The notes under the pieces were generated by a model. It had not been told where the DNA came from and did no database searches. It saw nothing but the letters and a program-made list of their open reading frames with translations. The position numbers and the translations under genes were made by a program. Shown here piece by piece: positions 48,662 to 55,864 of a DNA stretch of 64,000 nucleotides. Each line of letters begins with the position of its first letter. Position 1 is the first letter of the stretch. This stretch comes from a virus (Duplodnaviria > Caudoviricetes): positions 739 to 64,738 of the IMG/VR virus record IMGVR_UViG_3300034104_001007; one strand, 5' to 3'.

Positions 48662-49576
48662 ATGGCTATTTCACGCGCACAGCTCCTTAAAGAGCTACTA
48701 CCAGGTCTTAACGCATTATTCGGTTTAGAATATGCCCGTTACGGTCAAGAACACGAAGAGATTTACGAAACTGAATCTTCAGAGCGTTCATTCGAAGAAG
48801 AAACAAAATTGTCTGGCTTCTCAGCCGCACCTGTTAAAAACGAGGGTTCTGCCATCGCTTATGACAATGCTCAAGAAGCTTGGACTGCTCGCTACAACCA
48901 CGAAACAATCGCGTTAGGCTTCAGCTTAACCGAAGAGGCTATTGAAGATAACTTGTATGACTCATTGTCTGCTCGTTATACAAAAGGCTTGGCTCGTGCT
49001 ATGGCATACACCAAACAAGTTAAAGCCGCAGCTGTATTAAACAACGGTTTCAACACCTCTGGTTCATACAACGGCGGTGATGGTGTTCCATTGTTCTCTG
49101 CTTCACATCCACTTGTTGCAGGTGGCAATAATAGTAACATCCCATCAACCCCAGCAGACTTGAACGAGACTTCTCTAGAAGCAGCCGTAATTCAAATCGC
49201 AGCTTGGACTGATGAGCGTGGTCTATTGATTGCAGCTAAACCGAAGAAATTGGTTGTTCCACCAGCATTGCAATTCGTTGCTACTCGCTTGTTGGAAACT
49301 GAACTTCGTGTTGGTACTGCTGACAATGACATCAACGCCATCAAGAATAACGGTTCTGTAGCCGAAGGTTACACAATCAATCACTTCTTGACTGACACAA
49401 ATGCATGGTTCTTAACTACTGACGTGCCAAACGGTATGAAACACTTCGTTCGTACCCCATTGCAAAACTCAATGGATGGTGACTTCGATACAGGTAACGT
49501 TCGCTACAAATCTCGTGAGCGTTATTCATTCGGTTGGTCTGACCCATTAGGTATGTACGGTTCAGCTGGTGCTTAA
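48662..49576 (+). CDS. major capsid protein (Mu gpT-like)
   Basis: MAISRAQLLKELLPGLNALFGLEY...DFDTGNVRYKSRERYSFGWSDP; strong codon bias; followed by a terminator. Confidence 0.92.
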   Translation: MAISRAQLLKELLPGLNALFGLEYARYGQEHEEIYETESSERSFEEETKLSGFSAAPVKNEGSAIAYDNAQEAWTARYNHETIALGFSLTEEAIEDNLYDSLSARYTKGLARAMAYTKQVKAAAVLNNGFNTSGSYNGGDGVPLFSASHPLVAGGNNSNIPSTPADLNETSLEAAVIQIAAWTDERGLLIAAKPKKLVVPPALQFVATRLLETELRVGTADNDINAIKNNGSVAEGYTINHFLTDTNAWFLTTDVPNGMKHFVRTPLQNSMDGDFDTGNVRYKSRERYSFGWSDPLGMYGSAGA

Positions 49577-49596
49577 TAAACACTAGGTAAGATAAG

Positions 49597-49618
49597 AGGG
49601 AGCTTCGGCTCCCTTTTT
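49597..49618 (+). terminator. intrinsic terminator after the major capsid gene
   Basis: AGGGAGC-TTCG-GCTCCCT-TTTT. Confidence 0.9.
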
Positions 49619-49632
49619 AATGGTTTTCTGTA

Positions 49633-49660
49633 TTGCATCATGTTTATAAAAGCGCAGAAT
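49633..49660 (+). promoter_or_regulatory. putative promoter of pqqA
   Basis: TTGCAT-16nt-CAGAAT just after the capsid terminator. Confidence 0.4.
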
Positions 49661-49712
49661 GTGTACATGTGCACATCAATGTGTACACTCAATCGACTTA
49701 AGGAGATTCATC

Positions 49713-49784
49713 ATGTGGACAACACCAGCAGCTACAGAAATGCGTTTTGGCTTTGAAGTAACTATGTACGTAATGAACAAATAG
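49713..49784 (+). CDS. pqqA: pyrroloquinoline quinone precursor peptide PqqA
   Basis: MWTTPAATEMRFGFEVTMYVMNK (23 aa) with the E-x-x-x-Y core (EVTMY); AAGGAGA RBS at 49700; too short for the ORF track. Confidence 0.95.
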   Translation: MWTTPAATEMRFGFEVTMYVMNK

Positions 49785-49804
49785 TCTAAACATTTGTTTA
49801 AACA

Positions 49805-49894
49805 TAGGCGGTTAAGCCGACACTAGAGGATGTAGTAAGTAACGAGTTTTTCGGCTTTCTGCGTTACATGTAACAACTACCAAATCTACGCCTA
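49805..49894. ncRNA. candidate pseudoknotted structured RNA between pqqA and the HNH gene
   Basis: Four nested stems plus a crossing 7-bp AAGCCGA/TCGGCTT pairing. Confidence 0.55.
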
Positions 49895-50263
49895 CCTTTC
49901 TGTAATTTGTTCTGCTTTCAATTGACGTTCTTCGTGATGGTGTTTGCGATGGCAATTGGCGCATAGTACTATGCATTTGGCTTCTATTTCTTCACGGGCT
50001 ATCTTGTAGGCTCCGTTTTGTACTAATTCACTTATTTTTCTATTGGCCGGGTCTGGCACTACATGATGAAAATCTAATGCTGATGGATGGTTCTCTCCGC
50101 AGTTGGCACAAGCAAGTGTAGATTTATAGGCTTCCCATTGGATTCTTTTCTTTATCTTACCTAATCTAACTCGTTCAATCTGTGCAGGCTTGTTATCTTC
50201 ATAATGTTTCTTAGAATATAGCTTTGCTTTTGCCTTGCGAACAGCTGGGTCTTTGTATGGCAT
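49892..50263 (-). CDS. HNH endonuclease
   Basis: CANCG...LDFHH...CIVLCANCHRKHH; GGAG RBS; start set at ATG 50263; antisense within the late operon. Confidence 0.88.
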   Translation of the reverse strand: MPYKDPAVRKAKAKLYSKKHYEDNKPAQIERVRLGKIKKRIQWEAYKSTLACANCGENHPSALDFHHVVPDPANRKISELVQNGAYKIAREEIEAKCIVLCANCHRKHHHEERQLKAEQITER

Positions 50264-50281
50264 GAATACTCCATTAATTAG

Positions 50282-50310
50282 TTGACACTTAAACAATAAC
50301 ATAGTATAAA
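50282..50310 (+). promoter_or_regulatory. sigma70-type promoter restarting late transcription
   Basis: TTGACA-17nt-TATAAA. Confidence 0.7.
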
Positions 50311-50321
50311 TGCCATATCAA

Positions 50322-50398
50322 CCGGGAATATTAAATCCGGCCCATTAGACTGTCCCGGCAGACGCATACAAGACTAATGAGCTTACTTTGTATGGAGA
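50322..50398 (+). ncRNA. candidate pseudoknotted 5' leader RNA
   Basis: Three interleaved helices, the last abutting the RBS; three AGAC motifs. Confidence 0.45.
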
Positions 50399-50405
50399 AA
50401 TTCAA

Positions 50406-50861
50406 ATGGCTAACACCACATTCAGCGGTCCAATACGTGCAGGTAACATCCGCGACACAACAGGTACTACAGTAGGCACTAACATTGCTAACGTAGGTCA
50501 AGTTGTAATGGCACAATCACAAGCAATCACACAAGCTTCAGCAGTAACGACAATCGTAATCCCAGCAAACAGCCAAATCGTCGAAATGACTTTGTATGTA
50601 ACCACTGCTTGGGACGGCGTAGCCTCAACCCTAGGTCTAGGTAACACAGCATTAGCAACTGCATACACTGCAGCTAACGCAGTAGCCGGTGGCACCGTAG
50701 GTATTGTTTCAGTAACCCCAGGCACAGATGCAACTCGCACATTGGCTTTTGTTGATGTAGGTACTACAGACGTTAAAATCGTAGTTACTTCAACTAACAC
50801 TGGCGCTGGCGAAGGCTACTTAACAGTTCGTTACGTACAAGCTAACAACTTAGTTGCTTAA
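50406..50861 (+). CDS. virion structural protein
   Basis: MANTTFSGPIRAG start, Thr/Ala/Val-rich; GGAGA RBS. Confidence 0.75.
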   Translation: MANTTFSGPIRAGNIRDTTGTTVGTNIANVGQVVMAQSQAITQASAVTTIVIPANSQIVEMTLYVTTAWDGVASTLGLGNTALATAYTAANAVAGGTVGIVSVTPGTDATRTLAFVDVGTTDVKIVVTSTNTGAGEGYLTVRYVQANNLVA

Positions 50862-50907
50862 TTAATCTAGGGGCTTCGGCCCCGCTTACAATCTAAGGAG
50901 ATTAATT

Positions 50908-51192
50908 ATGGCAATGCAATATGATGTAAAAGGTACATATCTAGCTGCTGGCGCTACCGCCGCAGTCTTCGCAGGTCCAGCTCGGATTAAAGGTATTGTA
51001 ATTAGTCACCCAGTTGGTGGCGGTACACTTACACTTAAAAACGGTTCTGGCGGTACTACTGTATTCTTATTTACAGCTCCAGCTATAGAAGGTTCTATTA
51101 ATATCATTGTTCCTGGCGAAGGCATACGTTGCGAAAACGGTATTTATGCTACGACAGCAGCTGGTGTTACGGCAACTGTATTTTACGGCTAA
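50908..51192 (+). CDS. virion structural protein
   Basis: AAGGAG RBS; IVPGEGIRC...TVFYG motif. Confidence 0.7.
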   Translation: MAMQYDVKGTYLAAGATAAVFAGPARIKGIVISHPVGGGTLTLKNGSGGTTVFLFTAPAIEGSINIIVPGEGIRCENGIYATTAAGVTATVFYG

Positions 51193-51200
51193 GGTGAAAC

Positions 51201-51428
51201 ATGAGTATAGAACGCGAACTAGCAGTACATGGAACTGAGATTAAACATCTACAAGCTGATATGGATAAACTGGTCCAGGATATGGAATCAATTAAAGCTA
51301 CGCTTAATGACATTAACACTACCCTTGCGGAAGCTCGCGGCGGTTGGAAAGTCTTAATGATGGTTGGCGGTGCTGGCGGTGCGTTAGGCGCTTTAGTTAC
51401 TCAATTTGCACATAAAGTATTTGGTTAG
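51201..51428 (+). CDS. coiled-coil plus C-terminal TM protein (XhlA-like)
   Basis: Heptad N-terminus, hydrophobic GGWKVLMMVGGAGGALGALV. Confidence 0.6.
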   Translation: MSIERELAVHGTEIKHLQADMDKLVQDMESIKATLNDINTTLAEARGGWKVLMMVGGAGGALGALVTQFAHKVFG

Positions 51429-51436
51429 GAGTTAAT

Positions 51437-51538
51437 ATGATAGTAAACGAAAATGGTCATGGTAATAAGCCTGTAAAGCAAGAAAAACCGGTGGAAACAC
51501 CGGTGAAGAAAGACAAGAGCAATGCCGAGCAAAAGTAA
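51437..51538 (+). CDS. small basic peptide, not in ORF track
   Basis: AGGAG RBS; MIVNENGHGNKPVKQEK..., 33 aa. Confidence 0.45.
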   Translation: MIVNENGHGNKPVKQEKPVETPVKKDKSNAEQK

Positions 51539-51905
51539 AACTCAGCGAAACTTTATGGCAGCTGCAGCACATAACCCTAAATTTGCTAAGAAGGTGGGTA
51601 TCCCTACTAAAGTAGCAAAAGAGTTTAACGATGCTGACAAGGGCAAGACCTTTAAAAAAGGCGGTGTATCATTAGCCGTTGGTCGGGGTGAAAAATTAGC
51701 TACAGATAAAGGTGCTGGACTTACTGCCAAAGGACGCGCAAAATACAATGCAGCAACAGGGTCTAACTTAAAAGCCCCTCAGCCAGAAGGTGGCCCTCGT
51801 AAAAAATCGTTTTGTGCCCGTATGTCAGGTATGCCAGGCCCAATGAAAGACGAGAATGGCAAACCTACTCGTAAAGCAGCGTCGCTAAGACGTTGGAAAT
51901 GTTAA
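51522..51905 (+). CDS. small basic virion protein
   Basis: MPSKSKTQRNFMAAAAHNP...FKKGG...KSFCARM...LRRWKC. Confidence 0.75.
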   Translation: MPSKSKTQRNFMAAAAHNPKFAKKVGIPTKVAKEFNDADKGKTFKKGGVSLAVGRGEKLATDKGAGLTAKGRAKYNAATGSNLKAPQPEGGPRKKSFCARMSGMPGPMKDENGKPTRKAASLRRWKC

Positions 51906-51917
51906 TAAGGAATTATT

Positions 51918-52142
51918 ATGGCTAAAGAAAATACAAAGATGGACATGGCGCAAGACAAAGCGATGGTTAAATCTGCAATCAAACAACACGATGACCAATT
52001 ACATGGTGGTAAAAAGACTACATTAAAACTAGCTAAAGGTGGTTCAGCTTCAGCCCGTGCGGATGGTTGCGCTACTAAAGGTAAAACAAAGGGTACAATG
52101 ATTGCCATGTGTGGTGGCGGTATGTATAAAAAGGGTAAATAA
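51918..52142 (+). CDS. small basic virion protein
   Basis: LAKGGSASARADGCATKGKTKG motif. Confidence 0.7.
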   Translation: MAKENTKMDMAQDKAMVKSAIKQHDDQLHGGKKTTLKLAKGGSASARADGCATKGKTKGTMIAMCGGGMYKKGK

Positions 52143-52144
52143 TC

Positions 52145-52381
52145 ATGGCAGACAATAAAGCAAAACCAGTAATAAAACCTGTAAAGCCTGTAAAGCCTAA
52201 AATGGACGAAGAGGATTACGGCCCTATTCCGCCAGAGGCTGTGGATAAAAAACAAGACTGGACTAACCAAAAAGCTGCAGAGCAATACGAAAAAACAAAG
52301 AAATTTGCTAAAGGTGGTTCAGCTTCAGCCCGTGCTGATGGTTGTGCTGTTAAAGGCAAAACTCGCGGTAAGATGGTGTAA
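52145..52381 (+). CDS. small basic virion protein
   Basis: FAKGGSASARADGCAVKGKTRG motif, shared with the previous gene. Confidence 0.7.
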   Translation: MADNKAKPVIKPVKPVKPKMDEEDYGPIPPEAVDKKQDWTNQKAAEQYEKTKKFAKGGSASARADGCAVKGKTRGKMV

Positions 52382-52383
52382 TC

Positions 52384-52557
52384 ATGCGAGCGTCTCGTGG
52401 TATGGGTGCAATAGCCCCTTCTAAAATGCCTAAGAAAAAGATTATCAAACGCAAAGATAATCCTGAAGACGTAGAGATGTTTAAAAAAGGTGGGAAGGTA
52501 AACTTACCCGCGAGTAAAAATGTCAATAAGGTTAAGCCTTATAGGAAAATTAAATAA
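52384..52557 (+). CDS. small basic virion protein, not in ORF track
   Basis: MRASRGMGAIAPSKMPKKK...FKKGGKV, 57 aa. Confidence 0.65.
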   Translation: MRASRGMGAIAPSKMPKKKIIKRKDNPEDVEMFKKGGKVNLPASKNVNKVKPYRKIK

Positions 52558-52682
52558 TGCGATGCTACTTTAGCTTTATTACTGGAGTGATGGTTGGGCT
52601 AGAGTTAGAGCAGGACAATGATTATAATTATTTAATTGTAGAGTTATTCATTGTGCAATTCGTATTTGAATGGGATAGATAA
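52557..52682 (+). CDS. small hypothetical protein, not in ORF track
   Basis: 41 aa, MRCYFSFITGVMVGLE...; fills the gap with coupled start and stop. Confidence 0.5.
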   Translation: MRCYFSFITGVMVGLELEQDNDYNYLIVELFIVQFVFEWDR

Positions 52683-52683
52683 A

Positions 52684-53610
52684 TTGGCAACTACAGGTAC
52701 CACATCTTTTAATTTAGACCTCAACGACTTAGTAGAAGAAGCGTTTGAGAGGTGTGGTCACGAGCTAAGAACAGGCTATGACTTACGCACTGCAAGACGC
52801 AGCTTAAACTTACTTACTGTTGAGTGGGCTAACCGTGGCATAAATCTTTGGACAATCGAACAAGGCGCGATTGTGATGGCTACTGGACAGGCAGTATACC
52901 CGCTACCATCTAATACAATTGACTTGCTTGACCAAGTAATACGCCAAAACAACGGTACTACAAACCAGATTGATATCAACATCAACCGTATATCCGAGTC
53001 AACATACTCTACAATCCCTAACAAGTTAACACAGGGTCGCCCTATACAGGTGTGGATTAACCGCCAGTCAGGCGCATCAAACGCTACGACAGTGACTTTG
53101 AACGGTGGCATATCTGCTACAGACACTACAATTACAGTAAGCTCTACAGCTAACCTATCCTCATCAGGGTTTATACAAATTGATAACGAGGTTATTAGCT
53201 ACCCAAATGTAAGTGGCAACCAGCTTATCAACTGTGCCCGAGGCCAGAACAATACTACCGCAGCGACTCATATAACAGGCGCTTCGCTAACTACTTTAAA
53301 CCTCCCGTCAATTAATGTATGGCCAACACCAAATGCTCAGGGTAATCAGTACACCTTTGTTTACTGGCGTTTACGTCGTGTCCAAGATGCTGGTGATGGC
53401 GTTAATACACAGGATATACCGTTCCGGTTCTTAAACTGTATGGTTGCTGGCTTAGCTTATTACTTGTCAATTAAATTGCCGAATGTACCCATAGAGCGTA
53501 TAACAGGTCTTAAAGCAGACTACGAACAACAATTCCAACTAGCGGCGGACGAAGATAGAGAAAAGGCATCAATACGATTTGTTCCTCGTAACATGTCATA
53601 CACGAGGTAA
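52684..53610 (+). CDS. head-tail adaptor-like virion protein
   Basis: TTSFNLD...EEAFERCG...ARRSLNLL..EWANRGINLW; start probably TTG 52684. Confidence 0.7.
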   Translation: MATTGTTSFNLDLNDLVEEAFERCGHELRTGYDLRTARRSLNLLTVEWANRGINLWTIEQGAIVMATGQAVYPLPSNTIDLLDQVIRQNNGTTNQIDININRISESTYSTIPNKLTQGRPIQVWINRQSGASNATTVTLNGGISATDTTITVSSTANLSSSGFIQIDNEVISYPNVSGNQLINCARGQNNTTAATHITGASLTTLNLPSINVWPTPNAQGNQYTFVYWRLRRVQDAGDGVNTQDIPFRFLNCMVAGLAYYLSIKLPNVPIERITGLKADYEQQFQLAADEDREKASIRFVPRNMSYTR

Positions 53611-53612
53611 TC

Positions 53613-54002
53613 ATGCCTAGTAAATACTCTAGTGGTAAACATAGTATTGCAGAGTGCGACCGTTGTGGTCAGCGCTATATGCTTAAAGAGCTTAAAAAGC
53701 TTACGATTAAAACAAAGCAAGTAAGTATTAAGGTATGCCCAGAATGCTGGGACCCTGACCAACCGCAGTTACAACTAGGTATGTACCCAGTTAATGACCC
53801 ACAAGCGGTAAGAGAACCCCGTCCCGATACTAGCTACTTAGTGTCAGGTATTGGCCCAGATGGTAATCCAGAGGGCGGTAGTAGAGTATTCCAATGGGGA
53901 TGGAACCCTGTAGGTGGGGCAAGAGGTCCAGATAGTGGATTAACACCAAATAACTTGATTGCTCAAGGACAAATTGGTACAGTAACGATACAAATAACTT
54001 AG
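53613..54002 (+). CDS. conserved virion-module zinc-binding protein
   Basis: CDRC...VCPECWDPDQPQL...DPQAVREPRPD. Confidence 0.7.
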   Translation: MPSKYSSGKHSIAECDRCGQRYMLKELKKLTIKTKQVSIKVCPECWDPDQPQLQLGMYPVNDPQAVREPRPDTSYLVSGIGPDGNPEGGSRVFQWGWNPVGGARGPDSGLTPNNLIAQGQIGTVTIQIT

Positions 54003-54012
54003 GAGTATTATC

Positions 54013-54207
54013 ATGGCATACAAATCAGGCGCCGATGGCGTAGCAAAACAAGGTAAGACAAAAGGTAGAAACTTAGGTGATTCAGGTCCAAACGTAGCAA
54101 TTGAAAATGGCCCTAAATCTACAGGTAGTAAAGGTGGCAAAACTAATGCTGACATGAAGAAAATGGGTCGTGGCTTAGCTAAGATTGCTGCACAGAAAAA
54201 GGGATAA
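54013..54207 (+). CDS. small basic virion protein
   Basis: ADGVAKQGKTKG motif; AGGAG RBS. Confidence 0.65.
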   Translation: MAYKSGADGVAKQGKTKGRNLGDSGPNVAIENGPKSTGSKGGKTNADMKKMGRGLAKIAAQKKG

Positions 54208-54211
54208 TATC

Positions 54212-54481
54212 ATGGGTAAATCAGCACAAGACTCAACAGGGTTTGTTTTTCCTACAGGCGGTGGTAGCGATATTGGCGTATATAAACAGCCAATGCCAAA
54301 TGCGGATACGCAGCCAGAAAGCATTATCTCTAAACCAGGTAATGGCGTAAACGAACTAAACATTGCTGTAGGCAATACAAGCAAAGGTAATGTTAAAGGT
54401 ATGAACCCTTACGGTACTGGCGAAATGCGTGGCTATGGTGCTGCAACTAAAGGCCGTAAAATTAGTGGAAAAATGGGCTAA
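54212..54481 (+). CDS. small basic virion protein
   Basis: C-terminal MRGYGAATKG motif; start set at ATG 54212. Confidence 0.65.
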   Translation: MGKSAQDSTGFVFPTGGGSDIGVYKQPMPNADTQPESIISKPGNGVNELNIAVGNTSKGNVKGMNPYGTGEMRGYGAATKGRKISGKMG

Positions 54482-55398
54482 TGAACTACATAGAGCTTAG
54501 TCAAGCAATCCAATCATACGCGGAAAACACGGAGTCTCTATTTGTAGAGAACATTCCTACATTCGTGCAAGAAGCGGAAAGACGTATATTTAATACTGTT
54601 CAACTACCCTCACTACGTAAAAATGTGACAGGCACAATGACTAACGGTAACAAATATGTTGCGCTTCCTAATGATTGGTTGGCTAACTATTCTCTTGCAG
54701 TTATCGATGCAGCGGGTGCGTACAGTTATCTTCTAAATAAGGACGTTAACTTCATTCGTGAATCATACCCGACTCCTACATCAACTGGTCAGCCTAAGTA
54801 CTATGCGGTATTTGGCCCTAGAATAGATGAGTTAAATGAGCTGTCTTTAATTTTAGGACCTACACCAGACTCAGCCTACGGCATGGAGCTTCATTACTTC
54901 TATTATCCAGTATCTATAGTTCAACGTCCTATAACTTTACTAGGTACGATAACAGGCGGTTCAGGGTACACTAACGGTACTTATTTTAATGTGCCACTAA
55001 CAGGCGGTTCAGGTACTTCTGCATATGCTACAATTACGGTATCAGGTGGCGCAGTTACTGCGGTTACACTAGTAACCGGGGGGTCATTCTATGTTATTGG
55101 CGATATACTAACTACAGCAAATACTAATATCGGTGGTTCTGGTACAGGGTTCTCAATCCCAGTATCTAATGTAAATAACACTACTGGCACTAGCTGGCTA
55201 GGCGATAATTATGACCCTGTGTTGTTCTATGGTGCTATGCGGGAAGCAATTATTTTTATGAAAGGTGAACAAGATATGGTCACTTATTATGAAAAGATGT
55301 TCCAAGATGCTTTAGGTCAATTGAAACGCCTTGGTGATGGTCTAGAACGCGGAGACGCATACCGTGACGGGCAAACAAAACTTAGAGTAACTACTTAA
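54481..55398 (+). CDS. tail adaptor / tubular protein A-like
   Basis: MNY.EL...FVQEAERRI...GQPKYYA...GPTPD...YFYYP...SWLGDN motif. Confidence 0.7.
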   Translation: MNYIELSQAIQSYAENTESLFVENIPTFVQEAERRIFNTVQLPSLRKNVTGTMTNGNKYVALPNDWLANYSLAVIDAAGAYSYLLNKDVNFIRESYPTPTSTGQPKYYAVFGPRIDELNELSLILGPTPDSAYGMELHYFYYPVSIVQRPITLLGTITGGSGYTNGTYFNVPLTGGSGTSAYATITVSGGAVTAVTLVTGGSFYVIGDILTTANTNIGGSGTGFSIPVSNVNNTTGTSWLGDNYDPVLFYGAMREAIIFMKGEQDMVTYYEKMFQDALGQLKRLGDGLERGDAYRDGQTKLRVTT

Positions 55399-55412
55399 TT
55401 TAGGAGTAAGAC

Positions 55413-55850
55413 ATGGCAATTTCACAAGCAATGTGCACGAGCTTTAAAGTTCAATTATTGAGCGGCGCACAAAATTTTAATACGGGTACAACAAAGGTTT
55501 ACAAAATCGCACTGTATACATCATCTGCAACATTAGGTGCGGGTACAACTACATACTCAGGTTCTACAACAGGGGAAGTAGCTAACGGTGGCGGGTATAC
55601 TACAGGCGGTGAAATCTTAACTGTATCTCAAATCCCGACATCCTCTGGTACTACAGCGTTCATTGACTTTGCAGATGTTACTTGGTCAGCGGCAACCATA
55701 ACTGCTCGCGGTGCATTGATATATAACAGTACTGATGACACTGCAGTTGCAGCATTAGACTTTGGTTCAGACAAGACATCAACTTCCGGTGACTTTACAA
55801 TCATATTCCCAACAGCGGACGCAACAAACGCAATCATCCGTATAGCCTAG
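55413..55850 (+). CDS. virion structural protein
   Basis: MCTSFK...KIALYT...TARGALIYN...LDFG.DKTS. Confidence 0.75.
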   Translation: MAISQAMCTSFKVQLLSGAQNFNTGTTKVYKIALYTSSATLGAGTTTYSGSTTGEVANGGGYTTGGEILTVSQIPTSSGTTAFIDFADVTWSAATITARGALIYNSTDDTAVAALDFGSDKTSTSGDFTIIFPTADATNAIIRIA

Positions 55851-55864
55851 AATAGGAGTCTCAA

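Noticed and set aside
50870-50883. GGGGC-TTCG-GCCCC hairpin as a terminator
   Set aside because: No U-tract follows; more likely an mRNA stabilising hairpin.
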